Shown one piece after another: positions 41,200-50,746 of a stretch of 64,000 nt of DNA; position 1 is the first letter of the stretch; each line of letters opens with the position of its first letter. The notes beneath the pieces were generated by a model. That model did not search any database and was not told the DNA's origin. It saw only the letters and a program-made list of their open reading frames with translations. The position numbers and the translations under genes are program-made. Origin of the DNA: Trichormus sp. ATA11-4-KO1 (lineage in GTDB: Bacteria > Cyanobacteriota > Cyanobacteriia > Cyanobacteriales > Nostocaceae); the NCBI GenBank assembly GCA_019358915.1, contig JAHHIM010000055.1, positions 320,001 to 384,000 of the forward strand, in the 5' to 3' direction.

Positions 41200-42060
41200 G
41201 CAGTGAACCGACCTTTGGTCAAAACATCATTTTTCATTTAATCTGGTTCTTTCCTGTATACCCTCACGGCTTACAGATACTAGTGCTATTACGCAGAAGT
41301 CAAAAGTCAAAAGACTCATTATGTCTGTAGCTTTCGACTCGTTGTCAGATGGCCGGTTACTTCTGCTCAATTGCACTAGCTGGAAACGAATTGCCTTGAG
41401 GCAGGGTTCTTGTTCCGGGGAAGGAAGCCGACTCACCCTTACGGGAAGCAGCTTTGCATCTACGAACTTCTCACTGGAAAATCATCTCAGAGTTCGCCTG
41501 GGTTTAAGTTCCTTCAATTCACCCAACTTAAATACAATACACCTGATTGGAATTTTGCCCCGCTAGGTAATTACGCGACGGGTTTTTGAGAGGCTGGGTT
41601 GGGATGACTCTCTACACTGCCCAAAAGCGCTATCAGGGGAAACCACAGGTGTTAGATTGTCCAGATTGAAAGTACTTTCACACCATTAGACTCTGATTTT
41701 TGATCAGGAAAAACTGCCGATCAACCTAATTTTCCCATATGTAGAATCGGTAACAATCAGGTAAGCAGCTTAACCAGCAGTGAGGATGAACCTTATCTCC
41801 ATTATTGTAGATTTAGAGCGTACTTCTAGGAAATATTTCCGGATATAGAATTGGGTAACCAGTATAGCAGCATTTCAGGCGTGACCACCTAGAGTAATTC
41901 CGCATTAACTAAAAATTGGCGCAACCAACGGCTACTGCTACAATCGGGAAACAGTTGAGTGCTGAGTAAGGAAGAAACTTCTGTATTTCTCTTTTTGGAA
42001 ACACAGGAAAAAGTAGTCCAAGATTTGGTACAGAGCAGAGTTTAGATTGGTGGCAGTATT

Positions 42061-42924
42061 ATGTTGGCTCAATTTCGGAGCTTGTATCCTAGCGGCAGTA
42101 TTATTACTGAATTAGTCCAAATTTTTCAAGGAAAGTATATTGTTCGGGCTAGCGTGCAAATTGAACACGTCACCCGTGCAACTGGCATGGCAGGGGCAGA
42201 AACCATAGAAGCAGCAGAAGATCAAGCCAGAACTAGGGCACTAATGGTTTTGGGCATAACCAGTTCTCCGCAGGCACCCGTGGCATTTTCTCCCCAACCA
42301 ACATCCCTAGTGCAGCTAAATTCTGCCTTGAGCACTACAAAGGTGGGATTAAATGAGCCTACCTATTCCCCTGTCATAGATGAGGACTTTGGCAGTAGTC
42401 AGTGGTCAGCACCCAGTGGCCAAGAAATATCTCCACCACCGGCTAGTGAACAAAACCTAAAATCAGATTCTGTCACAATTGACACGCAAAGCACTAGTAA
42501 AAGCGATACTTACAGCCCAGATTTCAATCAAAGCTTTCCCGCGAGTGACAACCGGGAACCAGAATTTGATACCCCAGTCGAAAACTGGGGAATGATGTCT
42601 GGTAAACAGCTGGAAAATCAAACTTCAGAAAATTTCGCCAGTAATGTTACACCATTTACACCCCGCAGTTATAGTCCACCAGAGAATGTGGGCACTCAAA
42701 CAGGAGTAGGAAAGAGAAAGAAGAAAAGTGAACCAGTTGATTTGTCTGATGTCATTGCCAAAACCGATGTCGAACTGCAACGCTTAGGCTGGACACCAGA
42801 ACAGGGTCGAGAGCATTTAATTAAAACCTACGGTAAGCGGGGGCGTACTTTACTAACCGAAGAAGAATTGCACGGATTTCTCAAATACTTGGAATCTCAG
42901 CCAGACCCAGTGGCGGGGTTTTAG
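42061..42924 (+). CDS. Conserved cyanobacterial hypothetical protein
   Basis: Ordered N-terminal domain (GKYIVRASV...ATGMAGAETIEAAEDQARTRAL), low-complexity linker, C-terminal ELQRLGWTPEQGREHL..TYGKRGR. Confidence 0.85.
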   Translation: MLAQFRSLYPSGSIITELVQIFQGKYIVRASVQIEHVTRATGMAGAETIEAAEDQARTRALMVLGITSSPQAPVAFSPQPTSLVQLNSALSTTKVGLNEPTYSPVIDEDFGSSQWSAPSGQEISPPPASEQNLKSDSVTIDTQSTSKSDTYSPDFNQSFPASDNREPEFDTPVENWGMMSGKQLENQTSENFASNVTPFTPRSYSPPENVGTQTGVGKRKKKSEPVDLSDVIAKTDVELQRLGWTPEQGREHLIKTYGKRGRTLLTEEELHGFLKYLESQPDPVAGF

Positions 42925-42937
42925 GTGGGACAAAGGA

Positions 42938-42972
42938 ACAAGGGGACAAGGAGAGATTACTAATATTAAGTT
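42938..42972. repeat. 35-bp repeat copy B (exact reverse complement of 38786-38820)
   Basis: ACAAGGGGACAAGGAGAGATTACTAATATTAAGTT. Confidence 0.9.
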
Positions 42973-43209
42973 TTTCCCCCCCATCTCCCCATCTCCCCAT
43001 CCCCCAATCTCCCCAGGGCTGTTTCATTCCCTAAAAGGGTTAAAATTGCAAGGGCAAATCCACAATTAAGACCGAAAATTTTGGCATCTTCAGTCCGAAA
43101 TACCTGATTTTTCTTTGCGTCTTTGCGCCTTTGCGTGAGATTATCCTCTTGACAAATCTCCAACACAAGCGAATGAAACAGCCCTGCCCATCTCCCTACT
43201 CCCACTTAA

Positions 43210-43821
43210 TTAATGATTAAGAACAGCAACCGGGCGACTACCAGCAGCGTGACGGTCAATCACTTGATCAATTAAGCCATATTCCTTAGCTTCCTCTGGG
43301 GACATAAAGAAGTCGCGTTCGGTATCTTCAGCAATGCGTTCAATCGGTTGACCAGTATGGTCAGCTAAATATTCGTTTAGCCGCCGCTTGTGGTATAAAA
43401 TCTCCCGCGCTTGAATTTCAATATCAGTCGCTTGTCCTTGAGCGCCACCTAAGGGTTGATGAATCATAATCCGAGAATGAGGCAGACTCATCCGCTTACC
43501 CTTAGCACCTGCACTGAGGAGGAAAGCGCCCATACTTGCCGCTAATCCAGTACAAATGGTACAGACATCCGGGCGGATGTGCTTCATGGTGTCAAAAATA
43601 CCCATGCCAGCCATTACCGAACCACCGGGAGAATTAATGTACAAATAAATGTCTTTCTCCGAGTCTTCAGCATCCAAAAACAGTAGTTGGGCAACAATCA
43701 AGTTTGCAATGTTGCTATCAACCTGTTGTCCCAAAAAGATAATGCGCTCACGTAACAGTCGTGAGTAAATATCAAAGGCGCGTTCGCCTCGACCCGATTG
43801 TTCAACAACGATAGGAATCAT
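43210..43821 (-). CDS. clpP: ATP-dependent Clp protease proteolytic subunit
   Basis: [45 protein letters not shown]. Confidence 0.98.
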   Translation of the reverse strand: MIPIVVEQSGRGERAFDIYSRLLRERIIFLGQQVDSNIANLIVAQLLFLDAEDSEKDIYLYINSPGGSVMAGMGIFDTMKHIRPDVCTICTGLAASMGAFLLSAGAKGKRMSLPHSRIMIHQPLGGAQGQATDIEIQAREILYHKRRLNEYLADHTGQPIERIAEDTERDFFMSPEEAKEYGLIDQVIDRHAAGSRPVAVLNH

Positions 43822-44069
43822 GCAGCGTGCTTGTAGCTATTTTACGTCTATTTTATCGATGTCAGAGGCTGATTGTTGTCCTCAGCCAAAAGTCAGTTAA
43901 TTTTTCTTCTACTTGGCAGATGCCAAAAATCCCATTGGGCACTTTTCATAGAGGATAAACGTCTAAATAAATATCTCCACCTGAGCGGAGAGGAAAAATT
44001 AAAAACCTTTAGTGACGGCTACGACAAGACTTTTTCTTCGAGTCTACACCAAGCCCTAGAATGAGGATT

Positions 44070-44188
44070 TATACCAATTCTCTGTGAAGTTGCACATTAT
44101 TTATACCCCTCCCCACCTCCCCTTGCCAAAGGGAGGTGCCGCAGGCGGTGGGGTTCATTCCCTGCTTCTTCATCTAGAAATTGTATTA
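44070..44188. mobile_element. Degenerate MITE-like element
   Basis: Imperfect TIRs ATACCAATTCTCTGTGAAG / CTTCATCTAGAAATTGTAT enclosing a GC-rich hairpin (CACCTCCCCTTGCCAAAGGGAGGTG). Confidence 0.55.
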
Positions 44189-44387
44189 CTAAATAATTTT
44201 GGTGGCGTGGTGAGCAGACCACTGGAAAAATCATTTTTGTCAACTATTGGTAACTTTTTCAACATTTATTTAGCTTATTGTTGTGTAATTGTCCGGTTAA
44301 TCTTGTCAAGTCCGGTAAACCAATAACACGGCGTGTATTTACAGTAACTAATCCTACTTGAAATGCTATCAACCGAGGAGAACTGCT

Positions 44388-44543
44388 ATGCCAGAAAAAC
44401 TTGTGCAAGCTGCCATCATTACCTTTTTACTCCACCTGATAGCAGGTCTTAGTCCCCAGACAAGAATGCAGACAAGGGCAATATCGCCTGCGCCAGAAAC
44501 GCCAGTAACAATTGTCAGTTTGCTATTACGCTCTTTCAAGTAA
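44388..44543 (+). CDS. Small protein (51 aa) with a signal-peptide-like N-terminus
   Basis: GAGGAG SD before the ATG; hydrophobic AAIITFLLHLIAG. Confidence 0.65.
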   Translation: MPEKLVQAAIITFLLHLIAGLSPQTRMQTRAISPAPETPVTIVSLLLRSFK

Positions 44544-44736
44544 TAATTTAGCTAGTGGCAAAAGTATACTGAATTTTTTCAAAAATTAAATAGAACTTTT
44601 TTGAGTTGACCAACTGCTCTCAAACTCTAGGGATAATTCTCTGGTTGAATTTTTTTGCTGATCTAGGTGGGTCTAGGCTAACACCTCTAGGAACAGGGTA
44701 GACTGAGCAAAGAAGGCAACTATCTGCATTTGAATC

Positions 44737-46794
44737 ATGACTAATCGCCTTGCTGAAGCTAAGAGTCTCTACCTCCGCAAACACGCCGAAAACCCTATCG
44801 ATTGGTGGTCTTGGTGTGACGAAGCTCTCGCAACTGCAAGGGCACAAAATAAACCTATTTTTCTCTCCATTGGTTATTCCAGTTGCCACTGGTGTACCGT
44901 CATGGAAGGTGAGGCTTTTTCTGATCCAGCTATTGCTGAGTACATGAATGCCAATTTCTTGCCCATCAAAGTAGATAGAGAAGAAAGACCTGACCTAGAT
45001 AGCATCTATATGCAGGCTTTGCAAATGATGAGTGGTCAAGGAGGTTGGCCTTTAAATGTCTTTTTATCCCCAGAAGATTTAGTACCGTTTTACGCTGGAA
45101 CTTACTTTCCCTTGGAGCCGCGTTATGGTCGTCCTGGCTTTTTGCAAGTACTACAAGCCCTGCGCCGCTACTACGATACGGAAAAAGCAGATTTGAGCCA
45201 GCGTAAAGCAGTAATTGTGGAGTCGCTTCTCACCTCTGCGGTGTTGCAAAATGGGGCTAAGAATGAAGTTTCAGAAGCTGAATTACTCCGGCAAGGTTGG
45301 GAAACTAGCACGGGTATAATTACTCCCAATCAATCTGGTAATAGTTTTCCAATGATCCCCTATGCAGAATTAGCGTTGCGGGGAACGAGATTTTTGTTTC
45401 CATCCCAGTATGATGGCCAGCAAGTTTGTACTCAATGGGGACTAGATTTAGCTTTAGGAGGTATTTATGATCATGTGGGTGGAGGCTTTCATCGCTACAC
45501 GGTTGATCCCACGTGGACAGTGCCTCATTTTGAAAAGATGCTTTATGACAATGGTCAAATTGTTGAGTATCTAGCAAATTTGTGGAGCTATGGAGTCAAA
45601 GAACCAGCATTTGCCCGGTCGGTGGCTGGGACTGTGGAATGGTTACGCCGGGAAATGACTGCTCCGGAAGGTTACTTTTATGCGGCTCAAGATGCTGATA
45701 GCTTCAGTAGCATCACGGATGTAGAACCTGAGGAAGGAGCCTTTTATGTCTGGAGTTACAGCGAACTGGAACAACTGTTAACACCAGAAGAACTAACGGA
45801 ATTACAACAACAGTTTACAGTAACTCCTAACGGTAACTTTGAAGGCAAGAATGTTTTACAACGGCGCCATTCGGGAGAACTAAGGGCAACAACAGAAATT
45901 GCCTTGGCTAAGTTGTTTGCTGCTCGTTATGGTGACAAGCCAGAGTCGCTGATAATTTTTCCCCCTGCTGCTAATAACCAGGAAGCAAAAACTGGTGGTT
46001 GGCCTGGTCGCATTCCTCCGGTGACAGATACGAAAATGATTGTAGCCTGGAATAGTTTGATGATTTCCGGTTTGGCCAGGGCGGCTGGGGTGTTCCAACA
46101 ACCGTTATATTTAGAAATAGCAGCACGGGCAGTGAAGTTTATTCTGGAGCATCAGTTTGTGGATGGGCGTTTCCACAGACTTAACTATCAAGGACAACCT
46201 GCTGTATTAGCGCAGTCTGAAGATTACGCCTTTTTTATTAAAGCACTGCTGGATTTACAAGGTTGTTACCCTGACCAAAGATTCTGGTTAGAAAAAGCGA
46301 TCGCACTGCAAGCAGAATTTGACGAGTTTCTCTGGAGTGTAGAATTAGGTGGTTATTACAATACTGCCAGTGATGCTAGCCAAGATTTGATTGTCCGGGA
46401 GCGCAGTTATGCAGATAATGCTACACCATCAGCGAATGGAGTAGCGATCGCTAACTTAGTCCGTCTGTCGCTGCTTACCGATAATCTACATTATTTTGAT
46501 TTAGCTGAACAAGGCTTAAAAGCTTTTGGTAGTGTGATGCGTAGCGCTCCCCAAGCTTGTCCTAGTTTGTTTACTGGTTTAGATTGGTATCGTAACGCCA
46601 CCTTAATTCGCAGCACTACTGAGCAGATAATTCCTCTGATTTCCCAGTATTTACCTGTTTCTGTATTTTCTGTCATCTCAAATTTACCAGCAGGTAGCGT
46701 TGGGTTAGTTTGCCAAGGACTACAATGTCTGGAACCAGCAGAAAGTAGTGAGCAGTTGTTACAGCAAGTGCAGCAGAGTCAGACTAGGGGGTGA
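44737..46794 (+). CDS. Thioredoxin-domain protein (DUF255/YyaL-like)
   Basis: NRLA...SLYLRKHAENPIDW, CHWCTVM, KVDREERPDLD, GGWPL, PHFEKMLYDN. Confidence 0.95.
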   Translation: MTNRLAEAKSLYLRKHAENPIDWWSWCDEALATARAQNKPIFLSIGYSSCHWCTVMEGEAFSDPAIAEYMNANFLPIKVDREERPDLDSIYMQALQMMSGQGGWPLNVFLSPEDLVPFYAGTYFPLEPRYGRPGFLQVLQALRRYYDTEKADLSQRKAVIVESLLTSAVLQNGAKNEVSEAELLRQGWETSTGIITPNQSGNSFPMIPYAELALRGTRFLFPSQYDGQQVCTQWGLDLALGGIYDHVGGGFHRYTVDPTWTVPHFEKMLYDNGQIVEYLANLWSYGVKEPAFARSVAGTVEWLRREMTAPEGYFYAAQDADSFSSITDVEPEEGAFYVWSYSELEQLLTPEELTELQQQFTVTPNGNFEGKNVLQRRHSGELRATTEIALAKLFAARYGDKPESLIIFPPAANNQEAKTGGWPGRIPPVTDTKMIVAWNSLMISGLARAAGVFQQPLYLEIAARAVKFILEHQFVDGRFHRLNYQGQPAVLAQSEDYAFFIKALLDLQGCYPDQRFWLEKAIALQAEFDEFLWSVELGGYYNTASDASQDLIVRERSYADNATPSANGVAIANLVRLSLLTDNLHYFDLAEQGLKAFGSVMRSAPQACPSLFTGLDWYRNATLIRSTTEQIIPLISQYLPVSVFSVISNLPAGSVGLVCQGLQCLEPAESSEQLLQQVQQSQTRG

Positions 46795-46836
46795 GTGAGG
46801 AGACAAGGGGATGAGGGAGATGGGGGGATGAGAAAG

Positions 46837-47490
46837 ATGGGGATAAATGATAATTCCTTACTCAGCACTCAAGAAGCACTCTTAAGCGCTATTGTATTGG
46901 CAGGTGGAAAGAGTTCTCGCATGGGTACGGATAAAGCTTTGATTCATATTCAAGGGGTGCCTTTGTTGCAACGGGTTTGTCACATTGCATCATGTTGTGC
47001 AGATACTGTATATATAGTCACCCCTTGGCCAGCACGTTATCAACACTTAGTTTTACCTCGTTGCCAATTTGTCAAAGAAGTACCTTTGTCTCTAGTCGAT
47101 CAAGATCAAGCAAATTCTCCCCCTTCCCACGGACCACTTGTAGGATTTGCCCAAGGATTGGCACAAGTACAAACAAATTGGGTGTTGCTATTAGCTTGTG
47201 ATTTACCTCGGTTACAGGTTGAGGTGTTGCAAGCATGGGCGACTGAACTTAATAGTGTCGAGGATCAAGCGATCGCGGCTTTGACTTATCATCCTAAAGG
47301 CTGGGAACCTTTATGTGGTTTCTATCGCCGACGCTGTTTGCCACCACTTTTAGAGTTTATCAATCAAGGGGGGCGATCGTTTCAGCAGTGGTTAAATCAG
47401 CATCATGTACAAGTTTTACCATCACCAGCATCAGAAATGCTGTTTAACTGTAATACGCCAGAGGATTGGGCTTTGATCTCATCAAAATAG
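46837..47490 (+). CDS. mobA: Molybdenum cofactor guanylyltransferase (start uncertain; STRR repeats upstream)
   Basis: LAGGKSSRMGTDKA, GPLVG, ACDLP, EPL, FNCNTPED. Confidence 0.92.
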   Translation: MGINDNSLLSTQEALLSAIVLAGGKSSRMGTDKALIHIQGVPLLQRVCHIASCCADTVYIVTPWPARYQHLVLPRCQFVKEVPLSLVDQDQANSPPSHGPLVGFAQGLAQVQTNWVLLLACDLPRLQVEVLQAWATELNSVEDQAIAALTYHPKGWEPLCGFYRRRCLPPLLEFINQGGRSFQQWLNQHHVQVLPSPASEMLFNCNTPEDWALISSK

Positions 47491-47804
47491 CATTTTAATT
47501 ACCAATAGACTAAAAGTGATGTTAGTACGAAATTTTTCAGGTAATTACCTGGAAAAACCAAACATTTGTGATCTATCCAACAATAGATTTTTAGGCTATT
47601 ACTATATAGTAATTAAAGCTTTTCTAAATAAACCTTGTATAGATTCAAGACGAGTAGCGTGGCTATATGTTCCTTGCGGAATTTTGGCTTATTTCTCTAC
47701 TCGTCTTTTTCCATTTCACTATAATCATACAGCAAGTGACATCATAAATATATAATATATTTGCTAATTTGAAATATGATTGTCTACTTCCAAGGAAGAT
47801 TTAT

Positions 47805-48713
47805 ATGTATCATCGATGGATTTCATCTATTTTACTCTTGTTTTTGAGTATAGTTTTAACTGCTTGTACCACTGCAACTACTCAGCAACCACAGGTACAA
47901 ATTACGACGAACTCTCAACAATTTCCACAAGAATCTTTTACACGAATTGTGACTCTTTCATCTCTTTCTACAGATATTATTTATAATCTCGATCAAACAA
48001 AGCTTGTAGGAATTACTGGGAGTAAATTATTTAATGATGATCCACGATTCAATGATATTCCTCGCGTCAGTGAAGGGCAAACTCCTCCAAATTTAGAAAA
48101 AATTGTTGCCCTTAAACCAGATTTAGTCATTGGTGCAGAAGGTTTTTCTACCCAAGCAATTCAAAGACTCCAGCAGTTAGGAATTACCACATTGCTCACC
48201 CAAGTTAATACCTGGGAATCTTTAGAAGAACTGACTAAAAAATTAGCTCAATTCATTGATGCTGACCCCCAGCCTTTGTTAAATCGTTATCAAAGTTTTA
48301 TACCAGATAAGTTCACTCAAAGTCCTTCTACTTTAGTGCTGGTTAGTCGTCAACCGATTTTAGCACCAAATAAAAACAGTTGGGCTGGGGATTTGTTGAC
48401 AAAATTTCAAGCAAAAAATGTGGCGGCAGAATTACAAGGTCAAAGTCCCGTTGGTGGCTATGTAACTTTATCGGCAGAAAAAGTTTTAGAGGCAAATCCA
48501 GAGGTAATTATTGTAGTTAACCCTCCACAGGGTGGTTCCGAAACAGCAGTTTTAGATTCCTTTAAAAAAGAACCTTTTTGGCAGCAACTACAAGCTACTC
48601 AAAATAATCGAGTTTACATGTTTGACTATTACGGATTGGTAAATCCTGGTAGTATTAATGCCATCGAAAAAGCTTGTCAACAGCTTAAGCAAGACTTATT
48701 AATGATGAAATAG
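47805..48713 (+). CDS. Iron-complex/B12-type ABC transporter substrate-binding lipoprotein
   Basis: Lipobox LTAC; RIVTLS, PNLEKIVALKPDLVI, ANPEVII, LQATQNNRVY. Confidence 0.9.
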   Translation: MYHRWISSILLLFLSIVLTACTTATTQQPQVQITTNSQQFPQESFTRIVTLSSLSTDIIYNLDQTKLVGITGSKLFNDDPRFNDIPRVSEGQTPPNLEKIVALKPDLVIGAEGFSTQAIQRLQQLGITTLLTQVNTWESLEELTKKLAQFIDADPQPLLNRYQSFIPDKFTQSPSTLVLVSRQPILAPNKNSWAGDLLTKFQAKNVAAELQGQSPVGGYVTLSAEKVLEANPEVIIVVNPPQGGSETAVLDSFKKEPFWQQLQATQNNRVYMFDYYGLVNPGSINAIEKACQQLKQDLLMMK

Positions 48714-48731
48714 ATTCAAGAATAATATTTC

Positions 48732-48947
48732 ATGCGGCGAGACTCGATTTTTTATAAACTGTTTCAACAATCTCCAACACTTTTATTTGAACTATTGACA
48801 AATCCTCCAAGCAATGCAGATGCTTATAGATTTGATTCTGTAGCTTCTTCAGTTTCTGTTTTACCTTTGTCTGATTTGGAAGATTTGAGTGAAGCACTCT
48901 TAGATTTTACTAGCTTGGCCGATTTACAGGCTTGGTTAGACAAATGA
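48732..48947 (+). pseudogene. Internally deleted Rpn/DUF2887-type gene (N-terminus joined to a DUF4351-like C-terminus)
   Basis: MRRDSIFYKLFQ..P..LFEL...YRFDSV (family N-terminus) fused directly to LSDLEDLSEALLDFTSLADLQAWL (C-terminal motif); the nuclease core is missing. Confidence 0.75.
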
Positions 48948-48978
48948 ATTGTGGCGTCAGTCCTATAGTTTCTTGCCC

Positions 48979-49947
48979 TTAATCATTCGTAGTGGTCACG
49001 GGTTTTTGAGTTACTGAATTATTTTTATTAGCTTGAATAGCGCCAGTAGTTAAACTGCGGAAATATAGCCCTCCAACAGTTGCTAAAAAGGCAACATAGC
49101 CGATCGCTTGTATGAGATACAAATGTTCTCTGTAGCCAAACAAAGATTTGAGAATAATGCCGGGGAATTGTTGATCTGGCAAGATTTTTTCGGTATTCCA
49201 AACCATTGGCCCCAAAATGCAAGAGTGGGTTTTAGTAAAATGTTCGTAATAAAAACAAAGACTTTCTGAGGCGCGACTACTCAGGGCTAGGTTAGCTAAA
49301 CCTTCATCAAAATGCTTCAAGGCGGAAACTACCAATCCAGCAACAATCAACACCAACAGAACGCCCATCACCTGAAAAAATTGCCGGATGTTGATTTTAA
49401 CACCCCATTTAAATAGTAAGACTCCAATAGTAGCTGCCCCCGCTAAACCAGCAATTGCACCTAAAGCTGGTACTAATCCCTGTTGAAAATTAGCCGCAAT
49501 AAATAAAACTGTTTCAAAACCTTCACGGACAACAGCAATCAAAATTAAACTAAATACGCCCCAGCCAGCATTTGAGTTTTGCGTGAGTGCTTCTGTTACT
49601 GCTCCTTCAACTTGCGCTTTCATGAATCTGGCTTGTTTCGTCATCCAGATGAGCATCCAGCTGAGCATGGCGATCGCGAGTACGCTAAATACACCTTCTA
49701 GCATGGGTTCAACGACTGAGGTGTATTGAGGATTGACTGTACCCAGTGCTTGAATTACCCAAGTGAATAACACACCTATCAAAGCACTGATGACAATACC
49801 AACACCGACACCAGCATATACCCAAGAATTCAGTCGGGATTGGTTGGCTTTTTTCAGCAAGGCCAGCACAATACCCACAACGAGGGCAGCTTCTACTCCT
49901 TCTCGGAGTGTAATGAAAAAAGTAGGTAGAGCAGTTGTCAAATTCAT
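48979..49947 (-). CDS. FTR1/EfeU family iron permease
   Basis: Two RExxE motifs (REGVEA, REGFET); about 7 TM helices. Confidence 0.95.
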   Translation of the reverse strand: MNLTTALPTFFITLREGVEAALVVGIVLALLKKANQSRLNSWVYAGVGVGIVISALIGVLFTWVIQALGTVNPQYTSVVEPMLEGVFSVLAIAMLSWMLIWMTKQARFMKAQVEGAVTEALTQNSNAGWGVFSLILIAVVREGFETVLFIAANFQQGLVPALGAIAGLAGAATIGVLLFKWGVKINIRQFFQVMGVLLVLIVAGLVVSALKHFDEGLANLALSSRASESLCFYYEHFTKTHSCILGPMVWNTEKILPDQQFPGIILKSLFGYREHLYLIQAIGYVAFLATVGGLYFRSLTTGAIQANKNNSVTQKPVTTTND

Positions 49948-50055
49948 GATGAGAGAGATTAAGGGGATGATGGGGATAAGGGAGATGAAGAGGGAAGAAA
50001 CTTCCCAATTTGAGTCACCATTCCTCACTTCTTACTCCCTACTCCCCCTAAATTA

Positions 50056-50490
50056 TTAGCTGAAATCTCGTAGCATTTTTTTCAGTTCGAGATTATGCAT
50101 CTCTTCTTGTCCTATCATGCCACGGGCGAATTCTTCTAAGTAAATGCTGGCATCGGTTACAGTTTCCAGCAGATTTTTGTACAGTTCTAGCGCTTTCTTT
50201 TCATGGGATAAGCTTTCTGCCAAGATATCTTTGACTGTGTGCTGGTAAGTTTCTTCCATTGGCGCAATTTTTAGGGAGGGATGCCCATCTAAGCCTGTCA
50301 AAATTTCTCCCACTTGTTGGGCATGAAGTAAAGACTCACTAGCCTGTGCTTTGAAGAAATCGACAATCGGAATGCGATTAGGGCCAGTTACCATCAAGGA
50401 ATAATGTGTGTAGCGCACTACTCCCGCTAGTTCAAATTCCATGATGGCGTTCAGTAGGTCGATGGTCTTTTGGTTGTCAAGTTCTTGCAT
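50056..50490 (-). CDS. Ferritin-like / bacterioferritin-like protein
   Basis: Di-iron ligand pattern MEFE...ESLLH...HEKKA...QEEMH. Confidence 0.88.
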   Translation of the reverse strand: MQELDNQKTIDLLNAIMEFELAGVVRYTHYSLMVTGPNRIPIVDFFKAQASESLLHAQQVGEILTGLDGHPSLKIAPMEETYQHTVKDILAESLSHEKKALELYKNLLETVTDASIYLEEFARGMIGQEEMHNLELKKMLRDFS

Positions 50491-50686
50491 TAGTTGTTAG
50501 TTTAAGTTGCGAATGGAATTTGAGGAGAATCTAGATATGAGAATTCAGAAGATTCAGCAAGGAAAACTGAATTCTTTTTTGGTATAAGAGTTAGGAGTTA
50601 TACTCCTTGCAGGTCTTCAAAGCCCAAGCTACACTCTTAACCCTTTCATTTTAAACTTCTCTCTCTGCACGACCAATTAAGTCAAT

Positions 50687-50717
50687 GCGATCGCGAAGCG
50701 TGCGTTTACGCGATCGC
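50687..50717. repeat. Small dispersed repeat flanked by a duplicated HIP1
   Basis: GCGATCGC-gaagcgtgcgtttac-GCGATCGC. Confidence 0.65.
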
Positions 50718-50746
50718 CTAGGTTGCGGTTTTGCTGAACACTTGAC

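Noticed and set aside
41227..41566. ORFs 41227-41436(-) and 41321-41566(+)
   Set aside because: Overlapping opposite-strand ORFs with no recognisable features; treated as non-coding leader
41945..42005. Two GGAAACA motifs suggesting a Yfr2-type ncRNA
   Set aside because: About 50 nt apart, and the characteristic Yfr2 5' motif was not seen
42966..43205. 79-aa ORF after clpP
   Set aside because: Largely translated STRR and dispersed-repeat sequence (GDGEMGRWG, TQRRKDAK)
44084..44326. 80-aa ORF
   Set aside because: Starts inside a MITE-like element; no coding features
46795..46836. Extended N-terminus of mobA (likewise FTR1 at 49948-50028)
   Set aside because: Extensions are translated STRR repeats; downstream ATGs fit family lengths better
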